DNA of 64,000 bases from Mizuhopecten yessoensis (Eukaryota). A program made the translations under genes and the position numbers. Under the pieces are notes generated by a model. That model had not been told where the DNA came from. It did no database searches and saw only the letters and a program-made list of their open reading frames with translations. Below, piece by piece: positions 11,352-23,316 of the stretch (positions are counted from its first letter, which is position 1; each line of letters begins with the position of its first letter). The DNA is taken from contig NW_018479974.1 of assembly GCF_002113885.1 (NCBI RefSeq), positions 1-64,000 on the forward strand. The letters are read 5' to 3'.

Positions 11352-11890
11352 CAGAGCGAAAGACAAGGTCATAGGGTAAAGTGGCAGTGAGTCGGACACG
11401 ATATAAAGTCGGACACTTTCTTTGTTGTTTTATGTGGTTTTCTATCCTTACAATCCGGTCTTTTCCTGTAGCTATGCTAACAAGCTTCTTATGAACATAT
11501 AATTAACTTTCTTTGGTTACTAATACCCTTCCTGTCTTTTTCAATACGGTCCCAGAGAAGTCCAGACAGCGGGAATTTTGAGCTAACCCAAATAAGAATT
11601 GTTCAATTAATGATACGGCTGGGATTTGATAAAGCTCTTGCATGATGAGAAAAGAATATACTGAAAAGAAAGTTATTTTCTAGACATTTTAAAGCATTTT
11701 CTAACTGGTGTTTTGTTTTTCAAGTTTAAACAAAAGTACCCAATTCGATATTGAATCGGACACAAAAATATGTGTGTATATGTGTGATATTAAGTCGACC
11801 CCTGTCCGACTCAACATCATGTTTCATTTATATTGTCTAATTGACTTCAAATAGATCGTTTGTTGTAGTTAGACTGGTGTTTTAAACAGA

Positions 11891-12658
11891 TTTAGACAAA
11901 ACGATCCTCTATTTCAAACATGGAAGTATTACGATAACAAAGTATATAACGCTTCTGCATCAATTTCTGTGCCTTATATGCCCATCTTTTCCTCGCCGCC
12001 ACCATTTCCAGCTATGATGCCCATCTCTTCCTCGCTGACACCACTTCCAGCTATGATGCCCATCTCTTCCTCGCCGCCACCACTTCCAGCTATGATGCCC
12101 ATCTCTTCCTCGCTGCCACCACTTCCAGCTATGATGCCCATCTCTTCCTCGCTGCCACCACTTCCAGCTATGATGCCCATCTCTTCCTCGCTGCCACCAC
12201 TTCCAGCTTCGTTGCCCATCTTTTCCTCGCTGCCACCACTTCCAGCTTCGTTGCCCATCTTTTCCTCGCTGCCACCACTTCCAGCTTCGTTGCCCATCTC
12301 TTCCTTGCTGTCCACGCTGTCCAAATCATTGTCTGTTTCTCCAAAACTTCCTATCCCGCCAGTACAACAAGCTCTGTCGTCATCAGCCTCTTCAGTTGGC
12401 AATACACTGTTTCCGTTACCCAAATTAACAAAGAAAAGACCAGCACAGGAATATTTTGTAATAACGGCAGATGATATATTTGACCAACGGAAGAAAGCGT
12501 CTGAATTAAAAATTATACAGGAACTAATTAAGAAGGAATAACGTTTAGAATGTGAAAAGAAAAGAGCAGCAAAAGCACTTGCCGTTACCAATAAGGGAAG
12601 TGGACGTGGATGTGGTCGTGGTCGTTGACGTGGACGCGGGAAAGGTCCGACAAAATGA
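11891..12658 (+). pseudogene. C-terminal remnant of a pogo-like transposase
   Basis: The frame reads FRQNDPLFQTWKYY...[P/S-rich repeat]...LFPLPKLTKKRPAQEYFVITADDIFDQRKK...KKE*RLECEKKRAAK...GRGCGRGR*RGRGKG. This resembles the tail of invertebrate pogo/DDE_1 transposases (recognised from memory, not searched). Two in-frame stops and no DDE core. Confidence 0.6.
11978..12304. repeat. 39-bp in-frame tandem repeat (13 codons, MMPISSSLPPLPA), about 8 units
   Basis: Direct periodicity inside the transposase remnant. Confidence 0.9.
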
Positions 12659-12877
12659 CCTGATATGAACTCTAAACAGAGAATAAATACATAATGGTTT
12701 CCGTTAATTTGTAATTGAAACTTTTGCTTTGTTTAACGTGTATATAGATCTGTATTGTGTAAAATGTGTTCATTGATCAGACATTATTATTTCGCAGCTT
12801 TATTACCAATAATGTACGCACTACAATAAAACGTGTTTTGTTTTGCGCATATTTCACCTTAGTGATAATGTAGTATA

Positions 12878-13475
12878 CAGTTATAGAATGGGTATGAGGG
12901 AAATAGCACATTTATGGTGAAAATTGCCACCGATGAAGGCCGTTTTGTTGTTGTAAAGAGGAGTTACAGCAGATTTTGGACGCTAAACGTAGCTTAAATA
13001 CAAAAGCTGTTATAAAGACTGCAGTGAATCCAGAACGGAATGCTGGAGGCGTCGACGAGTAGGGTCATGCAAGCTCTTTTAAAAAAAGTAGATAGGACTA
13101 GATCTAGATATGGTAGGGAAACAAATGATGACTATGAGATTCAGTCTATAAAAACACTTCTTGAATGCTAGAAAAATAAAGATATCATCAACGACGATGC
13201 ATACAGTACTTCCAATTGTAATTTTTCTCTTTCAGTCTTTGAAATTGTAAAAGGAAATGAATACATAAATTCATTTGTACAATTGCCTTTACTGGGTGAA
13301 TAATTTGTTTGGTTATAATAAAACAGTTATAGAATGGGTAATTCGGGAAAAAGCAAATTTATGGTCACCCTTGGTGAAAAACTATTGCCCTCGACGGCTT
13401 CGCCTCCTCGGGAAATAGTTTTTCACCTCGGGGTATCATACATATGCTATTTCCCTCATACCCATTCTATAACTG
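12878..13475. mobile_element. MITE nested in the pogo-like element
   Basis: TIRs CAGTTATAGAATGGGTATGAGGGAAATAGCA / TGCTATTTCCCTCATACCCATTCTATAACTG, flanked by TA(TA). A third, degenerate TIR copy lies near 13323. Confidence 0.8.
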
Positions 13476-16261
13476 TATAATACACCATGTCAGTTTCTAC
13501 TCCGACAGTCCCTATCCTCTTCCAGGTTCGTTGTAATTCTCTATCTTGGCGAGTATAATATTGGATCTAGTAAAATGGAAAACTAAACGAATTATATAAA
13601 GCTCGCCAACATTAATAGACTACTCATTTACACAAAAATTAAATAACAATGTTGGTAAGATGAAGACAACTCCGAAACAGTAACGTAAATCATACCTTTT
13701 AATGGTAGAGGGTGGTTCCAATAGCACAAGCTACAGTAACTACGGTGAAATAGGTCTTGACAAGTGATTGCACTCAAGATTTTGTAATAAATAATAATTT
13801 CTGCGAAAATGAAGTCAAGATGCCTGTACAACAAAAGAAAGTTAAGTAAAACAATGGAAAGAGCCGTGAAATACATTTAAAAAGTCAATAATTTGAACGA
13901 GAACATTCTTGCTTTTGGTCATCTGGAGACTGTCCGATTCTATATCACAAGGTAAATCAGGTGTCCGACTCAATATAGAAAGCGTCCGACTCACTATCAA
14001 ATTGCCATTTTGCGATTCGTTTCGTTTTGTCTTACGCTATATGATGGAAGGAGAAGAGTTCCGAGAAGCATTTGAAAGAGAAAAACGTAGACTATCGGAC
14101 GATATCCATTGCATTACGGTAGGTTATATAGAACGAAAGCAATTTGAGTTTTAACAGAGGAGGTGTCCGACTCACTGTCACTTTACCCTAAATGTGATGA
14201 GCTTCGACTTTTAGTAACAATGTAATACACAGTTCATCCACCGTCGTCTAGATACAAACTTTGATTCAGGCCATATAGGCCCTACACTAAAATATGGTTT
14301 CTATCGGTTTACTGCCAGATGGGCCATATATGTCATGTTTTAAAAATTGGAAAGTGTGCAATCGAATAAACGATTTATGTTACATATTAAATAACATTTC
14401 TTGTTTTTTGAACAATCAGTCTGTTTTAAAATTGGGTAAATGTAATATGTTTTAATTCATGTTGTAATCTTCGACATGGCCGAATACCAAAGACAAATCT
14501 AATTTTAAAGGTTAACGTGCTCCGCTGTTTTTTTACCAACAGCAAATTACAACCGTAAAAACACCCGCTGTTTAGTGTGTTTACAGCAGCGTGTCAAAAC
14601 TTGGGTTAAATAAACCTGAAACTATTTCAGTTCAGTTAAATTCTTTACATGTACTACCTTAAGCCTTACGGTTCAAAAAAGATCTCACACACACGCCCAC
14701 ACAAATAATTAGCAACGAGACCCTCCTCGTTACCTTCAAACATCTTATTGCTCAATTCAATACATTTTGCTAAATATTGTTCCCCGTTATCATAGCTTGA
14801 ACAAATGAACATGCTAGGAACAGAGACTTACATATCAATATTAATATTAATATATATATAATATATTTAATATACTGTAATATATACGTCTCTGCTAGGA
14901 ATGTTAAAGTAATGTTTCTTAATTAAATACATCTTCGCTGTCACCACTGATGCGGCATGCACATGTCCTTTCCATCCTTATAAATTACTAACCAACCAAT
15001 TAAAATTTTCAATTTATACAGATGTGTGTAGCTGGACTGTAAACGATGCGCATGCAAAGTTATCATCAATAGAAAATAGCTATCCTGGAGGGAGGGTCCG
15101 GCCCCTTCCATCCCCATCCCGAAAAATAACGAAACATACATGTAAGCTCTGTGATGCTATCCGATGTTTTTTAAGAACAATATTTGGGCGTTTAATTCGT
15201 TCAATATTTAGGTCAAACCAGCATGTTGATGTTTCATCAAATAATTCAATCATAAACTTGCTATATCGGTATCCAGTACCGTAGATTTTTAGCCGAATAC
15301 CACAGTAATACCGATCGTGTTCTTATACGAAAATCTATGGTTTATGATAGTGAACGTAAATAGCTGAACACATTTTTTTACCAAATTAAATACGAATTAA
15401 ATCACACATATTTTTTATGAGGATTTGTCTACATGGCAGCTACCCGCATTCTCGATTGCTTTCCTTCCCAACAGACATCATGTACATGTTTTTCCCATCG
15501 TTTCTGGGGATTGTCTTTCCTGTTATTGTCATTTTCTATTAATTTGACTTACAATTTTGTCCACGTGTGTTGATGATGTGGTATAGATTTTTGTTATTTT
15601 ATTTCAACTTTCTGTAAGTAGTCCTCAACACACCAACATCAATCAGTTTCACGCCTACATATAAATCGCCCTTAACGTCTGATGTAAAAACATTTACCTC
15701 TCTATAGACAGTCAAAATTGCGCAATAATTCTCAACATGGTGACATGTATCCAAAGTGCTCAACAGGACAACGGCAGAAGTACTCTGTATCCACCTCACA
15801 AAACCTCTATAGGTTCCAAGTTTAATAAAAAATGTCGAAAACAATCCTGTAAAACTGCTTTATTTGAGTAACGAACACAATTTAATACACTCCCTTTAAA
15901 CAACATACTCAAGTCAAATACATTATAACACAGGTATCTTAACATTCTTTCTTTTGTTTATTTTCACCTTTGAGGTCTTTACTTGAAATAACCCATTCAT
16001 CATCACCAAAGTATAAACGAATCTAAACTTCTGTAGCTTTTGTGAGCCATATTTGTTTTTCTGTTCCTTAATCTGTTTTACTTTTTTAAATAGAATTTAT
16101 ATAGATTGGGAACTAAACTGGACTGTGAAATAAATATAATTCCAGTTATTTAATTGAAAAGAGATTACACACTTTTCAAAAAGTAAAATGACTAGTTTAT
16201 ATATTTATATTTAAAATGACACAAATGTTTTTGTTACTAACATCTAACTTTCAAAAAAAAA

Positions 16262-16846
16262 AAATGTCTATAAGACATATGCCCCCGCTGCCATGTGAAA
16301 TTAGTTTCAGTGTTCTATAAAAAGTTACAACCACTTTGATCTTGATACCCTGAAACATGCACACACACAAAGTACTACACTTAAAGTTGATTTTAATATT
16401 CATGTTTTTTCTGTATGTTATTACCATCTCCATAACATATTGAATGAAGTTGCTAAGTGTTTAAATTGAATCAATAAATGATTTTCTATATACAGCAACA
16501 GTGACCTTGGCCTTGACCTTGGAACCCTGAAACACAACAATGTCCGAAGTATACTCATACTTGACCTTGGCATAAAGTTTGACCAAAATCCATGAAAGAA
16601 TGAAGTTGCTAAGTGTTTAAATTGAATCAGTTGATGATTTTCTATATATAGCAAGTGTGACCTTGGCCTTGACCTTGGATCCCTGAAATACAACGATGTC
16701 CAAAGTATACTCATACTTGACATGTGTATAAAGTTTGACCAAAATCTGTCAAAGAATGAAGTTGCTACTGTAAGTGTTTACATTGAATCAGGACGGGACG
16801 CGATAAGATGGACATGGGTAACACTATATGCCCCCCCCCCCCCCAT
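16262..16846 (-). mobile_element. Partial Helentron-associated element with about 160-bp core repeats
   Basis: Tandem GTGACCTTGGCCTTGACCTTGG...AAAGTTTGACCAAAATC units, GGACGGGACG, and an ATATGCCCCC subterminal motif at both ends. It ends at the N gap 16847-16904. Confidence 0.55.
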
Positions 16847-16905
16847 NNNNNNNNNNNNNNNNNNNNNNNNNNNNNNNNNNNNNNNNNNNNNNNNNNNNNN
16901 NNNNT

Positions 16906-17900
16906 ATAGCTGTTCCTTATGTGTCACACTCAGTCTCAGAACTAACTTAGACCTGTTCCTTATGTGTCACACTCAGTCACAGAACTAACTTAAAGCTGTT
17001 CCTTATGTGTCACACTCTGTCTCAGAACTTAGACCTGTTCCTTATGTGTCACACTCAGTCTCAGGACTAACTTAGAGCTGTTCCTTATGTGGCACACTCA
17101 GTCTCAGAACTAACTTAGAGCTGTTCCTTATGTGTCACTCTCAGTCTCAGATCTAACTTAGAGCTGTTCCTTATGTGTCACACTGAAGTCTCAGAACTGA
17201 CTTAGAGCTGTTCCTTATGTGTCACACTCAGTCTAAGAACTAACTTAGAGCTGTTCCTTATGTGTCACTCTCAGTCTCAGATCTAACTTAGAGCTGTTCC
17301 TTATGTGTCACACTCAGGCTCAGACCTAACTTAGAGCTGTTCCTTATGTGTCACACTCAGGCTCAGACCTAACTTAGAGCTGTTCCTTATGTGTCACACT
17401 CAGTCACAGAACTAACTTAGAGCTGTTCCTTATGTGTCACACTCAAGTCTCAGAACTGACTTAGAGCTGTTCCTTATGTGTCACACTCAGTCACAGATCT
17501 AACTTAGAGCTGTTCCTTATGTGTCACACTCACTCACAGATCTAACTTAGAGCTGTTCCTTATGTGTCACACTCACTCACAGATCTAACTTAGAGCTGTT
17601 CCTTATGTGTCACACTCAGGCTCAGACCTAACTTAGAGCTGTTCCTTATGTGTCACACTCAAGTCTCAGAACTGACTTAGAGCTGTTCCTTATGTGTCAC
17701 ACTCAGTCTAAGAACTAACTTAGAGCTGTTCCTTATGTGTCACTCTCAGTCTCAGATCTAACTTAGAGCTGTTCCTTATGTGTCACACTGAAGTCTCAGA
17801 ACTGACTTAGAGCTGTTCCTTATGTGTCACACTCAGTCTCAGAACTAACTTAGAGCTGTTCCTTATGTGTCACACTCAGTCTGACACTTTGTCTCAGGAC
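16906..17900. repeat. 43/44-bp minisatellite (GAGCTGTTCCTTATGTGTCACACTCAGTCTCAGAACTAACTTA), about 23 units
   Basis: Direct periodicity. It starts at an N gap. Confidence 0.96.
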
Positions 17901-18082
17901 TGACTAAGAGCTACCCCTAATGTTTGACCTCAGTACTTGGACTACTTAATTACTAGCATAATCTGCCGAATTCTACAGCCTTCTGTAACTAAATATTAAT
18001 ATTTAAGTTCAAAACATTCAAACTCCTCATTCACAAATACCTCTCACACAAAAATCCCTGTACAAATTTGAAGCTATCTTTA

Positions 18083-19365
18083 CTGACTAGAACAGTGATA
18101 TAGAAGTCTGTTTTTGTGACTAGTACACTGATATCATAGAAGTCTGGTTTCTGTGACCAGTACACTGATATCATAGAAGTCTCTGTTTCTTTGACCAGTA
18201 CACTGATATCATAGGAGTCTGTTTCTGTGACCAGTACACTGATTTCATAGAAGTTTCTGTTTCTGTGACCAGTATACTGAAATCATAGAAGGCTCTGTTT
18301 CTGTGACCAGTACACCGATATCATAGAAGTCTCTGTTTCAGTGACCAGTACACTGATATCATGGAAGTCTCTGTTTCTGTGACCAGTTCACTGATATCAT
18401 AGAAGTCTCTGCTTCTGTGACCAGTACACTGATATTATAGAAGTCTCTGTTTCTGTGACCAGCACACTGATATCATAGAAGTCTCTTTTTCTGTGACCAG
18501 TACACTGATATTATAGAAGTCTCTGTTTCTGTGAGCAGTACACTGATATCATGGAAGTCTCTGTTTCTGTGACCAGCACACTGATATCATAGAAGTCTCT
18601 ATTTCTGTGACCAGTACACTGATATCATGGAAGTCTCTGTTTCTGTGACCAGTTCACTGATATCATAGAAGTCTCTGGTTCTGTGACCAGTACACTGATA
18701 TCATGGAAGTCTCTGTTTCTGTGACCAGCACACTGATATCATAGAAGTCTCTGTTTATGTGACCAGTACACCGATATCATAGAAGTCTCTGTTTCAGTGA
18801 CCAGTACACTGATATCATGGAAGTCTCTGTTTCTGTGACCAGTTCACTGATATCATAGAAGTCTCTGATTCTGTGACCAGTACACTGATATGATAGAAGT
18901 CTCTGTTTCTGTGACCAGTTCACTGATATCATAGAAGTCTCTGGTTCTGTGACCAGTACACTGATATGATAGAAGTCTCTGTTTCTTTGACCAGTACACT
19001 GATATCATAGTAGTCTCTGTTTCTGTGACCAGTAAACTGATATCATAGAAGTTTCTGTTTCTGTGACCAGTATACTGAAATCATAGAAGGCTCTGTTTCT
19101 GTGACCAGTACACTGACATCATAGGAGTCTCTGTTTATGTGACCAGTACACCGATATCATAGAAGTCTCTGTTTCAGTGACCAGTACACTGATATCATGG
19201 AAGTCTCTGTTTCTGTGACCAGTAAACTGATATCATAGAAGTTTCTGTTTCTGTGACCAGTATACTGAAATCATAGAAGGCTCTGTTTCTGTGACCAGTA
19301 CACCGATATCATAGAAGTCTCTGTTTCTGTGACCAGTACACTGATATCATGGAAGTGTCTGTTTC
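18083..19365. repeat. 38-bp minisatellite (GTGACCAGTACACTGATATCATAGAAGTCTCTGTTTCT), about 33 units
   Basis: Direct periodicity. Confidence 0.96.
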
Positions 19366-19636
19366 AATTAGTGTTAAGTACAATCAGAACCGTATTGATA
19401 TACTATTAACTACATTCCGTTCTTTTTATAGTCCCACAATTCTCTCATCCTGTTCTGTAACTGCTCAAATTGTATGTTTTCTTCCTGTGATGGTACAAGA
19501 AAATATGGCCCTAAAAATGCACAGATTGTATGTTTTCTTCCTGTGATGGTACGAGAAAACATGGCCCTAAATCTGCATGTAGTATGCATGCATTACTTCC
19601 ATTGGTGGTCTGTCACTCTGACATTGTCCTTGAAAA

Positions 19637-19945
19637 TCCAGGGGTTACACTGCCTTACATTTTTGCACCCCTGGAATGTGTCATGACGAAATTAAAGGCT
19701 CTGTATGTACTACCTCTAGGATGATACTAGTAGACTAGTTTGATCATTCCATGTACATCAAAGAATTGAGCAGAAATGAAACTTTGAAGTCAGGTATTGC
19801 TCCTATATAACTTTAAAGGTATCAGCTGAATTTAATTATTTACACCTGAAACCAATCAACTAGCTTACTGCATGCCTTCGATTTTGTTGTGACATATTCC
19901 AGGGGTACAGAGAATATAAGAGAACACAACCGGTTACCAGTGGAA
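19637..19945. mobile_element. Old MITE just 3' of the VHL stop codon
   Basis: Imperfect inverted arms TCCAGGGG...CCCCTGGAATGTGTCATGACGAAATTAAAGGC / GCCTTCGATTTTGTTGTGACATATTCCAGGGG. Same family as 22966-23307. Confidence 0.55.
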
Positions 19946-20028
19946 TTTTGAGGATGCCCTGAACAGAACAAATTGTACATGTTCTTCCTCAGGCCGTGGG
20001 TGTTACCAGGTTTTAAAGCTTCACAAGC

Positions 20029-20216
20029 TCAGTGAACATCTTGAGAAGATTCTGCCACAGAATTATTGGGGCTGTCGGTTAGTCTCCTCCGTCTTGTTGT
20101 TTCCCACATGACATTAATTTCCTCCTTCAGTGTCTGAGGTAGGTCCAGCTCATTTATTCTGTCTCTGTTCACAAAACTCCTGATCACCTGCAGACTCCTG
20201 TCCTTAAGGGTGAAAA
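20029..20216 (-). CDS. VHL: von Hippel-Lindau tumour suppressor homologue, last coding exon (alpha domain: BC-box/cullin-2 box)
   Basis: Acceptor tttttcAG. It reads (V)FTLKDRSLQVIRSFVNRDRINELDLPQTLKEEINVM...VH*, aligning with human [34 protein letters not shown]. Missed by the ORF track. Confidence 0.9.
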
Positions 20217-20377
20217 CTGAAAAAGATACAGGTTACATATCACGTGACTGACAGTAAACAAGTAATCTATAAACATACACACATGTATACCAAATTTATT
20301 TTTAAGTATTTCTCCGACAACTGTATGAAACAATGTCAGTGCTTTTTGACCTGCAGATTTAAAGTCCTGACAATTAA

Positions 20378-21300
20378 AACAAACACTTCATTCTGCACCT
20401 CTCTAATATGTAACAGTATCGTGTGTTGTATCTGAACAAAACAAACACTTCATACTGCACCTCTCTAATATGCTACAGTAGTATCGTGTGTTGTATCTGA
20501 ACATAACGAACACATCATACTGCACCTCTCTAATATGTTACAGTAGTATCGTGTGTTGTATCTGAACATAACAAACACTTCATACTGCGCCTCTCTAATA
20601 TGTAACAGTATCGTGGTCTCGTGTGTTGTATCTGAACATAACGACCACTTCATACTGCACCTCTCTAATATGCTACAGTAGTATCGTGTGTTGTATCTGA
20701 ACATAACAAACACTTCATACTGCACCTCTCTAATATGTAACAGTAGTATCGTGTGTTGTATCTGAACATAACAAACACTTCATTCTGCACCTATCTAATA
20801 TGTAACAGTATCGTGGTATCGTGTGTTGTATCGGAACATAACAAACACTTCATTCTGCACCTATCTAATATGTAACAGTATCGTGGTATCGTGTGGTGTA
20901 TCTGAACATAACGAACACTTCATTGTGCACCTCTCTAATATGTTACAGTATCGTGTGTTGTATCTGAACATAACGAACATTTCATTCTGCACATATCTAG
21001 TATGTAACAGTATCGTGGTATCGTGTGTTGCATCTGAACATAACGAACACTTCATTCTGCACCTCTCTAATATGTAACTGTATCGTGTGTTGTATCTGAA
21101 CATAACAAACACTTCATCCTGCACCTCTCTAATATGTAACAGTATCGTGTGTTGTATCTGAACATAACAAACACTTCATACTGCGCCTCTCTAATATGTA
21201 ACAGTATCGTGGTATCGTGTGGTGTATCTGAACATAACGAACACTTCATACTGCACCTCTCTAATATGTTACAGTAGTATTGTGTGTTGTATCTGAACAT
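20378..21300. repeat. 62/65/70-bp minisatellite in the VHL intron (AACAAACACTTCATACTGCACCTCTCTAATATGTAACAGTAGTATCGTGTGTTGTATCTGAACAT)
   Basis: Direct periodicity, about 14 units. Confidence 0.94.
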
Positions 21301-21347
21301 GTGAATGATTTTATTTAAATCTGACTGTTAATTTTTCATTTTGATCT

Positions 21348-21366
21348 CCCCCCCCCCCCCCCCCCC

Positions 21367-21397
<31 letters not shown>
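21348..21397. repeat. poly-C run plus (CA)n microsatellite
   Basis: Seen directly. Confidence 0.9.
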
Positions 21398-21398
<1 letters not shown>

Positions 21399-22038
21399 AA
21401 TTAAAAAATTGGCCATTGATTTGGATTTACATCTCATTAAATGAATTTATAAATTTACAAGTCAAATGCAAAGTTCTAGATTTAACTTGGAGGCATGGCC
21501 TCCTGAAACCCTTTAGCCTGATCTTTTTCTATGAAACAATATTGAACAGAGGTTAAGTAACCCATTCTGGTATGTGACACTCCATCTGATCATAATATTG
21601 TTAAATGTATACTACATGTATATAACTAATGAAGAAATTTCTGTATTTTGTTTTTATTCGAGATATAAAGTCAAAACTTCATATTGCTTATCATTTTGAA
21701 TAATGTTGGGTTAGTGGAATTTGCACATGGACTACTTACATTGGAAACTACTAGCCCAACTGACCTGTGTTTTTAAAATTTATTTCTGGCCATGACTATG
21801 GTCAATCCCACTGGTAGTGCTCTTTATTTCAAGTATGGGGTCCTTTTAAAATTAAAATGGGTTTCTTCTGCAATGTTCAAATAAAACACTTGAAAAAGTG
21901 TGGGGGCCATTTGAAATTTTACATATAAAATGATATTTGGATGGTGTAAATGCAAACCCAATTTTAAACGAGGCTGTGAAGCTAACTATCATTTCATCCT
22001 CAGTTTACAATGATAGTGTCAAGCCCCTGCATGCCTAC

Positions 22039-22381
22039 CTGGAATGGTAATATTGATGACTTTTCTCCATGGCGGTACCCCATCAGTCGGAGTCCATCCT
22101 GTTGTCATTTCAAAAACCTCACGCAGTTGAACTACCATATGATCCCCAGTGTCAGAATCCCTGAAGATCCAAGGATGGCCGACAAATGTGTTCACATCAA
22201 CAAACTGACCTGGCTGTAGAGTCTTGTACTTGACACGAGCGCCTTCATAGTTCAACCACACAGTATCCACAAACCTGTGTGTCCGGTTCACAAAGCGAAC
22301 AAATGAGGTAACGGATGAGCGACCAGATCGGAGTCTATTATCTTTCTGTCTATCACTTCCATCATTTTGTTCTCCTGTCAT
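22039..22381 (-). CDS. VHL: von Hippel-Lindau tumour suppressor homologue, first coding exon (beta domain)
   Basis: LRSGRSSVTSFVRFVNRT...VWLNYEG...YKTLQPG...NTFVGHPWIFRD...NITIP matches the VHL beta domain. Donor CCA G|GTAGGC, phase 1, joins the exon at 20216. The full protein is 176 aa. Confidence 0.93.
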
Positions 22382-22965
22382 TTTGCAAACTAAACTGTAG
22401 AAAATGTCGTAGTTTGATTTAATATCCTCAGTAGGTTGGTAGCATTAGGTCTCAGCCTGGAGGGTCATCTTTAACACACTGCTTCATATCTGTTAATAGT
22501 AAAATGATTAAATTCAACTAACAAAGTTGTCAGTGGACAATAAATCTGTATATTTTGCTGGGTTACATCTACCCATGTAGTTGTTGATCAGCTTATTTAA
22601 CTTTAGTTAGTTATCTTCAAAATTAAAACTTCAAAATTAACTAACAAAAGTTTGATAAACAAAAGTCACATATTGTTACACTACTTTGTATAGCACAGAA
22701 GGATGGAGAACCTATGTGGACTGATTTTTCTTACCTCTTTCTCGTGTTATTTAGAAGCCAATCAGGGTTGAAGTCATGAAAGTTAAAGAAGATGGCCACT
22801 CCATTCAGATTTCCAATCGTAAGCCTGACTAGCTTAAAACTGAATTGAGGTGTCTGACATGGAAATGTCAGGGCATATAAACTATCATACAAGTAAGTTT
22901 GTTTCCTATCTTAGAATCACTACACCGACATTCAATAGCATACATACCGTGAGTCATCATTGATG

Positions 22966-23307
22966 CTCCAGGGGTTACGCTCACTTTTGCTCTCTGCACT
23001 CCTGGAATATGTCATAGCAAAATTGAAGGCATGCGGCTAGCTATTCGACTGGTGCTGGGTAGTAAAACCTGACAAATTGCAAGGCTGATACCTGGGTCTT
23101 TAAAGGTTAAAGACAAGTGACACCCAACTTCAAAACCAGTCAGTTTTACTGTTACGAGATCGAGAGATTCTTTCCATGTACATGCATCAAAGTATCAAAC
23201 TATTCTTCCTGTCTTATCCACAAGGTAACACACACCGAGCCTTCAATTTTGCAATTACATATGATAGTCCAGGGGTGCAGAAAGGGAAAGTGAACATACC
23301 CCTGGAG
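22966..23307. mobile_element. MITE upstream of the VHL coding region
   Basis: About 65-bp imperfect TIRs CTCCAGGGGT...AAAATTGAAGGC / GCCTTCAATTTT...ACCCCTGGAG. Confidence 0.6.
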
Positions 23308-23316
23308 TATCCGGGA

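Larger units (their letters stand above)
11374..14188 (+). mobile_element. Non-autonomous pogo-like (Tc1/mariner superfamily) DNA transposon
   Basis: 26-bp TIRs GGGTAAAGTGGCAGTGAGTCGGACAC / GTGTCCGACTCACTGTCACTTTACCC (1 mismatch). TA on both sides (11372-11373, 14189-14190). Subterminal GTCGGACA/TGTCCGAC repeats and an internal transposase-like remnant. Confidence 0.88.

Noticed and set aside
6051-22381. Functional linkage between the cGLR and VHL genes
   Set aside because: Adjacency in an animal genome does not imply co-function, and I see no shared regulatory or fusion evidence.
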